A stretch of 64,000 nt of DNA from Podospora anserina. Lineage: Eukaryota. Position numbers and translations under genes: made by a program. Where the stretch lies: assembly GCA_017654855.1 (NCBI GenBank), contig CM030332.1, forward strand, positions 5,270,001 to 5,334,000, read 5' to 3'. Below are positions 25,401 through 36,923 of the stretch, piece after piece (position 1 is the first letter of the stretch; every line of letters begins with the position of its first letter). The notes below the pieces were generated by a model. It had not been told where the DNA came from and did no database searches. It worked only from the letters and a program-made list of their open reading frames with translations.

Positions 25401-27464
25401 CCCTTGGGCCGAAAACGGTCAGAATCTCCGGTGTGGAGATGGTCCACTTGTTTCGCCTTTTTTGTCAGTTCTCCACCTCTCCCGTCATCCCTTCAAGATT
25501 GATCATCACTCGCACGGGCATGGATGGAAGGAGATGTCTTGCAGCTCCGACGACATGGAAGCTTCCATTCATGCGATTCTAGTGTGTTGTGTTCAGTAGA
25601 TTTCGGGCGACATTCAGCCCTCTTGGGCGCCTTGGCATCAATCACTCTATGCCCTCTCGGTGCATGCGCAATGCCCATGGCCATGACTGCGGGATTTGGA
25701 AGCATGGCAAAGGGTGCCAGGCGATGGGGGTCACTACATATGGAAGTCCATATACGCACCATTCAGAGCTAGGCCTCTCAAGCCTTGCCAGGACTGAGGC
25801 CGGTCGGATTCAGCCGTGAACCCCCACTACTATTGACCCCTCTCGGCCATCTTACACCGGTCTTCATATTTACTCTCATCGAACCCACCATCTTTGATGC
25901 GAGTCCAACCTACCGACTTTGAATTCTTCTCGGTTTTCCCGAGGTCCACGAGGCTTGAAGACTTGTGGGCAACAAACAAGGTTCAGCGCCGAGGTTGGTG
26001 TCGCCTCTTTCTTTGTGCTTTTGGCTTCTCACGCTGTTGGATGGTTGCGTCTATTCAAAGAAAAGTCTCTCCAGGCTGGTTGCTGAGATTGCAAATGTCA
26101 AAGGCACGCACTCGAGGGCATTCACGAGACTAGGCTCAAGAAGCCAGCCAGGCATGTACATGTGAATAAATCTGTGGCCAGCGGGGTCTGCGGCTTCTGG
26201 AATAGTCCGGCATGATCGTGTGTAGTGTCGTGGGCGTCACAAGGCCCTCGTGCTGCCTGAACGCTAAGTGGGTGCACGGCATGATCTTCAGAGACTCATG
26301 GGCTGCCTGTTCTTATGGCAAAAGCTTTTCGTAGATGTTAACATCATACGAGCCAGCCAGGTCAGATTCTGCCAAACTTACCGTGTCCAAGGGACAAACC
26401 TTACAAAGATAGGACCATGGTTGCCCTCTCTCGGGCGGAGGTCTCAGATGTAAGTTTTCCTGTGGCTCACCGTTGACAGTGCACCGTTTCCTCTTCTTCA
26501 CCTTGCGCCGTCTGCAACCGTTCCTTCCTTCTTATCGTTGATAATCGATGCGCGCACAGGACAGAGTCTTGCCCAAGCTCCCTGGCTCCCTGGGCTCCAT
26601 GTCAGGATTGAAAGACGTGCTGCAATCTTGTTTCTTGGCTGACCAGGACCAACAAGCGCGACGCCTCGCTCGTGCCTATCAGCAGCCAGGGCACAGGCTC
26701 CTCTTTTTTTCTTCTGCGGCACTGGGCTGGGTACATTGCGACAGTACCGTGCCTCGACCCAACGGTACCTGTGGAAACTGGAACCCCCCCCTCCCCCCAG
26801 CATCCCATCATTTGATTGAAAGCCACCAGCCGTTCGCTCACTCGGCTGAGCACTGAGCACAGTCCCGTCCCAAATCCCGCTTTTGCAACAGCTCAATCCT
26901 GCACAGCACACAAAGCTGCCCCCTTCCCACCCACCCAATCTTTCTCCAACCCCCAACTTTTTTTTTTTCCCCAAACGTCGTTGTCCTCGTTTGCGCTGCT
27001 GTACCTGGCTGTGCTGCACCACTCCTCCACGGGCTGTCATATTGCGCGCCCCTCCACCCTCGTCATCACATCACCAATCTTTAATCATTTTTTTCTCTTC
27101 GCCCGCGTCTTTCAGGTTGTCGTCGCGTCTCCCTGTTCCATCTGCGCGCGCCCAGTTCCGACAGGCTGCCAGCGAGTCGGTTCAAACCAATTCGCACCGG
27201 CCCGCGACTCGCCCGCCCTATCCATCCCAACCATCCACCATCCACCACACCGGACACCCCGACCCGACCAGGCCAGGCCCGACCACATCGCCATCCGTAC
27301 CTGACAGCTAACTGCTCCACTAGCACAGCTGTCGCTGGTCAATCCCGTCGCCCATCTCCACCCGTTCTTCCCAACAGCGCACACGCACTCACACTCGCAC
27401 TCGATCGTCGCGATCGTCGCCCTGGCCGCTGTTGGATAACGCGACGTTGCATGCATCGCGAGGC

Positions 27465-29177
27465 ATGCCTGGGGATCAGAATTCGGTCGGTGCATCCTCC
27501 AACGGACCGGCTCCCACTCCTCAATCATTTGCTTCTTTGACAAGCAACGGCAACGGTGTCAAGTCCTATCTCGCAACAACAGCCGCTTCTGCAAATTATG
27601 CAATGGCCGCCTCGAGCTTTCTCCCTGCGCAGCATCGGACTCCGGCGATAGGCAGCGGCTTGGGTACCTACCCGCCTGCCCTGCCAAAGGCCGACTCTTT
27701 TGACGCCAACGGCAATGGCCACGCGACCACCCCCCTCGGCACTCCGTTCTCTACCACCCCGCCCACCCTCTCCGCCGCCGTCATCCGGAACCTCCCCAAC
27801 GACACGGACGAGAAGTTGTTGCGCGCCATGCTCGTGTTCTCCAAGGACCTCGCCAGCATCGAGTTCCTTCCCGACGACAAGGGCTTTCGCGCTGCTCACT
27901 TGAAGTTCAAGAGCCCCGCCGGCGCGCTCGAGGTCAAGAACAATCTTGACGGCAAGTCCAATCACTCCAACGACGCCGACATCATTGTCGAGATCATTGG
28001 CCCGACGAGCCCCTCGTCCATGGGCAAGCGATACCCGAGCGACGCGACCCTCCCGGTTGGCACACCCGCAACGGTCTCTGGCGGCCCCCCGACTGCGCCG
28101 TCGTCGCGCCAGCAGTCGCGATTCAATAGTCACTTCCACACTATTGAGAAGACAGCGGTGGGAAATGGCGCATACGCTGGTGACTTTCGAACGGCAGACG
28201 GCCGTTTTGACGTCTTTGGTCCTCAGTCGCCCATCGGAACGCACCCGAACGAGCGCAACGGCATGCTGGGCAAGTCGATGATTGACGCCACGAATGACGA
28301 TGAGGACACGGCGCAACTTCTCGGGAAAACCCACCTGTTTGCCGAGAGCGGCCTGCAACGCCGACAGACTGCTCCGCACATCCCTATCACGTCGCGCATG
28401 GCAAATATGTCTCTGAACATCAACACGCAGTCTGTCCAACCGATCGGTCAGTATGGTAATCACCAGGGCTTCGCCACCATGTCGCCAAGCATGATGACCT
28501 CGGTCGGCGGATTTCCCTTACCCCAACAATACAGGACACACATGCCGCCCGCTAACCCAGCCGATCAAAACCCGCCCTGCAATACCCTCTATGTTGGCAA
28601 TCTCCCGGTCGATACGTCCGAAGAGGAGCTCAAACAGCTGTTCTCGAAACAGCGGGGTTACAAACGGCTTTGTTTCCGCACCAAGCAGAACGGACCCATG
28701 TGCTTTGTAGAGTTTGAGAACATCACCTTTGCCACAAAGGCGCTCAATGAGCTGTACGGTTTCCAGCTCCACAACAGTGTCAAGGGAGGAATCCGTCTGA
28801 GCTTCTCCAAGAACCCGCTTGGTGTTCGCACAGGTCAAGTGCCCGGCCAAAGCGGTCAAGGAGCACTGAATGGGCCGAACGGGGGACACGTCGGAGCCAA
28901 CGGCTTCACCACAGCCAGCGGGCCGCCCCCAGGTCTCCCGGCACAGCCTCCTCCAGGTTTGGGCCTGAACAGAGCCGGGTTCTCGAGCTCGCCCGGGCTT
29001 TCCAACCCGTACTCGTCTCCGACCTACTCGAGTCCCTCCACAGATGTTTATGATCAGTGGAACAACAACCTCATGTACGGCAACGGCAACAGCGCACACA
29101 TGGTGGGCGCCAACGGCAACAACGGGTACATGATGGGCTCGAGCGCGACCTATCCCAGCCACATGATGGGTAGATGA
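27465..29177 (+). CDS. whi3: Whi3/Scw1-like RRM RNA-binding protein
   Basis: First in-frame ATG 27465 (track start is TTG; in-frame TAG at 27321). C-terminal [57 protein letters not shown] is characteristic of Whi3/Scw1. Degenerate N-terminal RRM (VIRNLPND); N/G/P-rich low-complexity tails. Confidence 0.88.
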   Translation: MPGDQNSVGASSNGPAPTPQSFASLTSNGNGVKSYLATTAASANYAMAASSFLPAQHRTPAIGSGLGTYPPALPKADSFDANGNGHATTPLGTPFSTTPPTLSAAVIRNLPNDTDEKLLRAMLVFSKDLASIEFLPDDKGFRAAHLKFKSPAGALEVKNNLDGKSNHSNDADIIVEIIGPTSPSSMGKRYPSDATLPVGTPATVSGGPPTAPSSRQQSRFNSHFHTIEKTAVGNGAYAGDFRTADGRFDVFGPQSPIGTHPNERNGMLGKSMIDATNDDEDTAQLLGKTHLFAESGLQRRQTAPHIPITSRMANMSLNINTQSVQPIGQYGNHQGFATMSPSMMTSVGGFPLPQQYRTHMPPANPADQNPPCNTLYVGNLPVDTSEEELKQLFSKQRGYKRLCFRTKQNGPMCFVEFENITFATKALNELYGFQLHNSVKGGIRLSFSKNPLGVRTGQVPGQSGQGALNGPNGGHVGANGFTTASGPPPGLPAQPPPGLGLNRAGFSSSPGLSNPYSSPTYSSPSTDVYDQWNNNLMYGNGNSAHMVGANGNNGYMMGSSATYPSHMMGR

Positions 29178-29542
29178 GTGCCTCCTGATCATGCCGTCAA
29201 TAGAACATGATGTTTCACTTGCTATTTCGGTTTATCATCTCGCATGTTACCACAGCGACTGGGCCTTCTGCTCTTTCCAAGTGTCTTGGTCCGTGGCATT
29301 GCGTGGCATGGCCTCGGTGTTGGGTGGAAAGCGGCTTGACTTGTTGCTGATTGCATCAAATTGGTGTCTTTGCAATTGTTGTTGGGAGGAAAGCGAGGTT
29401 TCGACGGCGTCTCTCGAATTTTTTTCTCCATTCTTCCATTCCCCCCGCTGGCCTGATTATCACCATACAGCGCTTGTTGCATTTTTCGGTACTCTTTTAT
29501 GTGTTTATTTGTTTATTTTTGTTCATTTCGACGGGCACAAGG

Positions 29543-29545
<3 letters not shown>

Positions 29546-29578
<33 letters not shown>
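29546..29578 (+). repeat. Poly(T) homopolymer (33 nt) downstream of whi3
   Basis: Directly visible T run. Confidence 0.95.
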
Positions 29579-29581
<3 letters not shown>

Positions 29582-31354
29582 GAGTGATATCATCATTATA
29601 CCAGACGCATTGGGAGAGTGCTTTTGGCTTTTTCCGGCCCTCCTTTGGGGCGATTTGTCCTCACGGCACAATCGGCTCTTGGTTTCACGCATTACAACAC
29701 CACCATACTGTCAAAGCGGCGGCGTAAAGGGGTCAGGGAGGAAAGGTTGGGTGGGAGTAATCATGGCCAGTGGCGTATAGCATCGGTTCATCATTACACC
29801 AAACAAGCGAAGCATATTCTGGTGACACGCATTTTGTTGAAGGGTTTTCTTTTTTTTTGGAGGGAGTTCTGGTAAAGTTGATGTGGCTTTTACACACCTG
29901 GGTGGGAAGCGGGATTTGTCTTTCCAGAATTTCTGTTAAAGCGAGGGCAATGGGGGAGGTTAGGAATCGGGTATAGGAGGTGGGAGGTTTGGGGGTGGGT
30001 GTTGGGAAAAGAAGGAGTTGTGGTTTGTTTGTAACCTGTACGACTGCAATGTTAGTTGGGAAGGGGATATCAAAACAAAAAGGAGGTCGGTGGGTTAGGA
30101 AAGGGGGAGGGGAACTCGATTCAAAACGCGGGAAAAAAAAAGAAAAACAAGAAAAATCATCTCAACACGCAAACATACGGGACCACCATAGTACGGAACC
30201 ACAACACGCACATCTTGGGATAACTGGTAAAAGAATTGGCACGGGAAAGGAGGGGGAAGCACTTGATACATACTCTATTCTTTTTTTCTTTCTTTTTTTC
30301 TTTTTTGCTCTTTTCTACACATACAAAACGGATCGCATGCAAAGGATTTTTCCGCACAACACTGGTTTCATTGTTTTTTTGGGTTGGATGGTTTTTGCAT
30401 TCGAGATGGCCATTTGACCCGGGTTGCTGTTATTTTGTCATTCTTCTCCAGAGCACTCGCTGCTCTGCCTTTTTTTGGCCTTCCTGTTGTGAAAGTTTCT
30501 TTGAGAGCGATGGCAGACAATACATTCCAAGTGGTTATGCATAACTTTGGAGGATACCCTAGTGTCAGCAATGCCATATAAGCGGTTGCTTCTTGTGACA
30601 ATTGTTTGTTTTCATAGCCGTGGTGCTTTGAAACTTGGTGTGATTTGCGTTCAGTATGTTTGTGCATCTAGTACAGGCTGATGGGCTGTCTTGGTGGTGA
30701 ATGGCGATGTCTTTTAGGTTCTAACGGTTATGCTATGCGTCTATGTCGTGAAGAGAGTTAAGAATTAAATAGGATGAATGCCTCGAAGGTTAGGTAGATA
30801 GATGTATAATTTTCAATATGTTGAATGCCATCTTGATCAGAGGACCTCGGAATCATGGTTACCTGCTTGGAGGGTGTCTTGAGAAGCTCGTCCACGATTT
30901 CTACAGATTACCAGACCGTCTTTAAATCCTTTTCAACCCTTCATACCAGCCTCTTGATTATCTATTTGGGACCCATGATCAAAGAGAGGCCGCCTAATTT
31001 AAGTGATAAAGCGACACGGTGGGGAATATGGAATTATTAGGAGGAGGTGGGAGAAGATATGCCCAGAAAACTCAGGCTCAGGAGGTCTTCATCAGCCATT
31101 ACACAACCACGATTCTCGGACGCTGAAATCTCAGAAAAAGTATGACATCAACAGCCCAATATCATCGGCCTAGATTTGCAAAAAAAAAAAAGAAAAAAAA
31201 AAGAAGAGGGTATATATATACTCGGAAACAAACCTTCCCAACAAGGCTTGACAGCCAACATGAACAAAACACATCATCAAACAAACGCTCCGCTCTGCTC
31301 AAGTCACAACTCAAACCCCCTCCCGCCACCTTATAAACCCCCGCTCAGTTCACC

Positions 31355-32452
31355 TCACCTCGCCTTCTTCCCGAGTACATAAATCCCCCACAAATCCCTC
31401 ACCACCCCCACCCAACCCGCCAGGCTCTTCATCACATTCATCATCCCAACATACCTCCAAACAAAACTCTCCACCCTCTCAAAATCCTCCGCGTAGACTT
31501 CCCAAACCGCCTGCACCCTCTCCCCCTCCCCCTCGGGGTTCGTCGGCGCCTCAGCAACCAGCCTCGTGACCCCATCCTCCCCCTCCACAACCCTCATCTT
31601 CGGCCCAACAACCAACGCCCTTCCCCTGATGCCCTCATCAGCCATAAGCCTCGTCCCGGCATCAACCACGTCCCCCAACTCGGCCTTTGGCGCCCCAGCC
31701 AGCAAGGCGATCCCGCTCGCCGGTAGAAGAGGTGTGTCCACAAAGTAAGGGTTCACACAATTCACCCTCACCCCCCTCGTCCAGCTCGTCCCCCTCAGCG
31801 CCCTGAACAGTCCCATAACCCCGTGCTTGGAGGCGGTGTACTCGGTCTGTCCCGGCAAGGGGGCAATGCCGGCGATGCTGCTGACGAGCAGGATATGTCT
31901 GTCCCTACCTGTCCCGTTCCGAGGGAGGTAGAACATGGCCAGGTGGACCGTGTACGCCACACCCGTGAGGTTCACCTCCAGCACCTTCAACCTCGGCTCC
32001 TCCGGCTCGTTGTTTTCTGTTTTGCTGCCGTTGCGGCGGGGGGAGTCGAAGCTGTTGTCCATGTCCACCACTCCCGCGGCGGCGACTACGCCTTCTATGC
32101 CCCCCGTGGGGGAGTTGGCGACGGCGAACTTGAAGAGGGAGAGCTGGTCGGTCCAGGAGGTGACGTCGCAGTGGTGGTGGTGGAAGGTTTGGGTTGGGTA
32201 GGCGGTGCGTAGCTCGGCGACGAGGGCGTGGCCTAGGCTGTCGTTGACGTCGCCTATGAAGATGTGAGACCCAAAACTTGCCCAGTGCCGGGCGAAGGCT
32301 GCGCCGAAGCCGGAGGCGCCGCCGGTGATGAGGATTGTTTTGCCCGAGAGGGAGGTGGTGGAGTAGGGGGCGGTGGTGTCGACTGGGGAGGATTGGCGGA
32401 CTTGGGAGACGATGGACCAGGAGCCGTCGTCTTGGTCGGTGGTGAAGACCAT
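31355..32452 (-). CDS. Short-chain dehydrogenase/reductase (classical SDR)
   Basis: ATG at 32452. TGGASGFG Rossmann motif, CDVT, AAAG, VNL, catalytic YTASK. Probable 5'-UTR intron 32638-32482 (GTATGT..CTAAC..CAG). Confidence 0.92.
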   Translation of the reverse strand: MVFTTDQDDGSWSIVSQVRQSSPVDTTAPYSTTSLSGKTILITGGASGFGAAFARHWASFGSHIFIGDVNDSLGHALVAELRTAYPTQTFHHHHCDVTSWTDQLSLFKFAVANSPTGGIEGVVAAAGVVDMDNSFDSPRRNGSKTENNEPEEPRLKVLEVNLTGVAYTVHLAMFYLPRNGTGRDRHILLVSSIAGIAPLPGQTEYTASKHGVMGLFRALRGTSWTRGVRVNCVNPYFVDTPLLPASGIALLAGAPKAELGDVVDAGTRLMADEGIRGRALVVGPKMRVVEGEDGVTRLVAEAPTNPEGEGERVQAVWEVYAEDFERVESFVWRYVGMMNVMKSLAGWVGVVRDLWGIYVLGKKAR

Positions 32453-33888
32453 GGTTTGAGATTCGGGGGAGGGTGTTGTATCTGAGAGGGGAGTTAGCAA
32501 TGAGGTTCATGTAGCAGGAGGGAGGTGACATATGGGCATCAATGGTCCACCGCCAATCTCAGCCTCACCATTCCGGCCGAGGGGCTAGACCATGGACTTG
32601 AGAGGGGGAAAGGGGGGTGGGGAAAGGGGGTAACATACACGTATATACTAGTCCAGACCAAGTGACAAATTCTCACGATGGACCAAAATATAACGTGACA
32701 GAACAAGCTCAAAACATCACCAGAAAAGAAAAACCAGAACCAGCTAGATTAAACGAAGCCTGAAGTAGTTATATGTGAAAGCCCTCTGGTGGGTCAACCC
32801 ATGCGCCGCTCCCAATGATAGACATCCAAGCCATCCTTGCTTGTCACCACTTGTCAGCAGCCAAAGAGGATCCAACCTGCAAGGGTGTGCGCAAATGCAA
32901 GATGTGCAGGGGACATGACAAGCGGGACTTGCATTTTGGGGAATAGCCCATCCGAAAAGATAAAAAAAAACCAACCTGCTCGAGATACTACCATCACTGT
33001 GTCTAGCATCTCACAATTGGGGCCGTGTTACCCATCCACAGCACCAATCCACTGGTAAACACGTCGCACAAAAAATTAGCTTTTCCCTTGGAAAGAGGGG
33101 TGTAATGTAACCCGCCTATAAGCCATGTAAACTGGGTACCTATCTTCAATCCTTTCTATCGGTGTGGCTGTTGTACGCTAGGAACAAAAGATGTGGTGAT
33201 TTACGAGTAGCTGAAAAAAGGCTGGCCGCCACGAATTTTCTGTTGAGAATACAACCCGACAGCGGCAGGATCTAGCCGCGACTCAGCTGACATACATCAG
33301 AGACTCATCAGAGACCACAAAAAAAAACTGACATTTTACCAAGACGAGACATTCGCGGGCTGATATAAAACTCCCCGGGCTTATCTCCGTGATATTGACG
33401 GGTGTGGAGTTTTTTGTTTCTTTAAAAAGGCAGAGAGAAAGATCCAGTCGGGCAGGTGCTTCAATTTTCGGCTTTCAACAACAATCGCTTGTCTTTCTCG
33501 GCCCGGGGGCGGCTTGTTGGATCGGCTTTGGCCGCGGTGAAGGTGTGGAATTGTAAGTAGGGGGATTCAATTGGGCACTCGGTGCAATCTTTTGCCCGGA
33601 TGTTGTTCATCCATTTGACTGCCCCTGCCCGACGTTGAAGATGATGTCAAAAGTTGAAAACCACCAGCCTCGAAGAGATGGAATCCCAGCCCTACGGTGT
33701 CCCCAGTGCCCCACGGCCCGCTTGTCTGGCGGGACCCCTGCGCTAAGTCCCGCTGCGGTTAGCGAGACGTCACCCGGGCATCCCACCCACGTTTCCCAGT
33801 GTGTGCCCAGTCCGATTGCGGGGCATTGGCGGGGCCCCGGGCCAGATGGAACGGCGAGCGACAAAAAGTTCAAAACCTGGGGGGCGAC

Positions 33889-33895
33889 TGACTCA
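33889..33895 (+). promoter_or_regulatory. Gcn4/CPC-1 response element TGACTCA
   Basis: Perfect consensus about 110 bp upstream of the ATG of an amino-acid biosynthetic gene. Confidence 0.75.
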
Positions 33896-34005
33896 CCTAG
33901 TGTTTTCCCCCCCTTCATATATCCAGTACCTAGTGTCGCCGGTCGGGGAGTTTTTCCACTTCTTTTTAGACTCGAGCTGATATATACCTCCTAAATCTAC
34001 CCAAC

Positions 34006-35239
34006 ATGTCTCAATTGCCCGTTAAGAACGTCGGTACGTCCCTCTGCGCGCGTCCCTGAGCTTTGGTTTACCCCGCCATCGTCCGAGGAACCTTGAGAAC
34101 TGACGGTTACCCCTGAACAGGTGTGCTCGGCTGCACTGGTTCGGTCGGCCAGCGCTTCATCCTGCTCCTCCAGCAGCACCCGTCGCTCAAGCTCGTAGGC
34201 TTGGGTGCCTCATCTCGATCCGCCGGGAAGAAGTACCGCGACGCTGTCAGGTGGAAGCAGGCACAGCCTATCGCTCCCGATGTCGGCGACCTGATCGTTC
34301 GCGACTGCAAGGCCGGCGAGTTCGCCGACTGCGACATTGTCTTCAGCGGCCTCGACAGCGACGTCGCCGGTGACATTGAGAAGGAGTTCCAGAATGCCGG
34401 CCTTGCCGTCTTCTCCAATGCGAAGAACTACCGCCGCGATCCCCTCGTCCCCCTGGTCGTCCCTACCGTCAACCTCGACCATCTCAATCTCATCCCCCAC
34501 CAGCAAAGGACGCTTGGCCTGAACAAGGGCTTCCTCGTGTGCAACAGCAACTGCGCCGTCATTGGGCTCGTCATCCCCTTCGCCGCCCTGCAGGCGCGTT
34601 TTGGCAAGATCGATACCGTCTCCGTCGTGACCATGCAGGCCGTGTCGGGTGCGGGATACCCCGGTGTTAGCAGCATGGACATCATTGACAACGTGGTGCC
34701 CTTCATTTCTGGCGAGGAGGACAAGCTCGAGACGGAAGCACAGAAGATTTTGGGCAGCATCAACGCCGAGGCGACCGCCTTCGAAGATCAGAAGACGTTG
34801 AGAGTCTCGGCAGCCTGCAACCGGGTCCCCGTGTTGGATGGTCACACCGCATGTGTGTCCCTGCGATTCGCCCAGCGCCCTCCCCCAACGGCCGAGCAGG
34901 TGAAGGAGGCCATGCGGGAATATGTCTCCGAGGCACAGCGGCTGGGATGCCCCTCTGCTCCTGAGCCACCCATCAAGGTGTTCGACGAGCCCGATAGGCC
35001 GCAGCCCAGACTGGACCGCGAGCTCTCGAAGGGTTACACCGTCAGCGTGGGTCGTGTCAGGGAGGACGACAGTGGTATCTTTGATATCAAGTTTGTTGCC
35101 CTGAGCCACAACAGTAGGTCTTTTCCCCTCTGAGAAGTGATGCGATGAAGCGGTTGCTGACATTGTTATAGCTGTCATTGGTGCCGCCGGTTCTTCCATC
35201 GTCAACGCTGAGGCTGCGGTGCTCAAGGGTTTCGTCTAA
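34006..35239 (+). CDS. hom2: Aspartate-semialdehyde dehydrogenase (3 exons)
   Basis: Exons 34006-34033, 34121-35113, 35172-35239. [13 protein letters not shown], catalytic [37 protein letters not shown]. Confidence 0.97.
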
Positions 35240-36923
35240 GCTATGTAAAGAATATATCATGATGAATGTACGGATGGGAAGAGGCATTGATACGGAGTTT
35301 CTAGGCATGGTTTAAAAGTGGCAATCACAACTTCATCAGCGGTCCATTGAGGACGAGGTAACAAACCGCCAGGTTAGTTATGCTTGATTCCTGCGAGGCA
35401 ACATGTTTCCGGTGATCTGGTTGGTCGTGTGTGATGCTCAAAACGTGTTTTTTGGACACTGCGCGTAACCGCTTTCTTGTGGTAACTGGGCATGTCTCGA
35501 ATAAGCTCTCTTGAGAAATCTTCCTCGTGATGCAAGGTCCGTGTAACGGTGGCCGGCTGGCCTCGGGCCACCGGGTCCGGGGTTTGAGTGAGTCGGGCCC
35601 GGCCGAATGGGGACGAGATCTCAGCGGGCCGGTGGTGGAACTCGGAACTGTCCCAGTACAGAACAACCCCACGAAGCGGTGAGAAACCAACGACGTCAAC
35701 TGTGGGCATGTTTTGAACCCTTAAAACTTCTCAGCCTGGTCTTTTGAGTTGAACTGAACTGCGGCCACTAGCATGGGGTGACGTCCGTCGTCTGGTGCAT
35801 GCCAGATGTCAAGCTTTGCGAACAGACAGGGAGATAGTCGGGGCCAGAAGTTCTTTGCGCACTGTTTTCGAATATTCCTCGAGTCTTGACTTTGGTGGAC
35901 AGACAGGTTGTACCACGGTCAGGGTCGTCTGACCTGCGTAGCCGTTGCGCATGTGTCTTGCAGCGGTAGAGCCATGGTTAGTCACAGGTAGTATCTGGCG
36001 ATGAGTGTTGCTTCGAGAGGTGGGCGATGAGACCAGGTGGACCATGAAAAGTGCCAAAAGTGACCCTTTGTTTACCCCAGGTCCAGGGTTGTCGAAGTTG
36101 AGGAACCACATCTTCAAAGCTCGGGCCTCAGTCCCCGGTTCAGGGGACTTCGCTACGATGTGTTTTGAGTGATCGTCGTCAAGGGTCCAACTCTTATGCT
36201 GCCCGTTAGCAGATGATCCGGGTTTTTGGAGTAAAATGCAGGACCGTGTTTGTTTTCTTTCAGGGTGTTCGAGGCAGGGTTGAAACTGCTGTGGTTCATG
36301 CACTGACTTGGCCTTCAACAAGGTCTTGATACTCCGTACACCGAGGCCTGTTCTTGCACATGTGCCATCTTGGGGGGGCACGAGAAGACCGTCGAGTTGC
36401 AAATTTGATATTCGGGGTTTGATTAAGTAAACAAGAGGGAAGATTTGACCTGAAAAGTCAGAATGAAGCTTCAAGATGAGAGCACACCCAAACGCGGTTG
36501 ATGTCAAGGAGGCACATCTTTGATCTAGAACATCTTCAACAAGATGGGAATCCTAATTATGGCGGGGTTGTAGATGTGGCGCTCGGGCCACAATAAGGAT
36601 CTAGCTTCTTTAATGAGCACGCGTGGGCGCGAAGCCGCAGCCAGAGTCCGCGTTGTTTCCACTCTGGCAACGTCTTTGGATTGGTCCCATATCCCGACCC
36701 GATGCTCCCGATCAGGGGCAGTGTCTCCTCTACACTACAATACGGATACTAACCACTGTTCACTGGGACTGCTTGTGTCGTATGTGTGTTGCGTAATGCC
36801 AGGACCGCCGACTTGAACTTCTCCGATCTCTTGTCTCTCACCGCACCGATCAAATACTATCCCTAGCAGACCACCACTGTCGCCAACAGCTTGTCGCAAT
36901 AATCTCCTCAATTCCTCGTAACC

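Noticed and set aside
30172-30200. ACATACG..ACCATAG resembling the start of 5S rRNA
   Set aside because: Similarity ends after a few bases; no 5S internal boxes.
32603-32630. G-quadruplex-like G runs in the SDR 5'-UTR intron
   Set aside because: G runs are common in the G-rich blocks of this window, and the transcribed strand here is the C-rich one.
34210-35226. 338-aa antisense ORF over hom2, and similar long antisense ORFs over whi3, osh1, myo2, the Zn2Cys6 gene and the first gene
   Set aside because: Shadow frames expected from strong C/G third-position bias; no recognisable motifs and mostly non-ATG starts.
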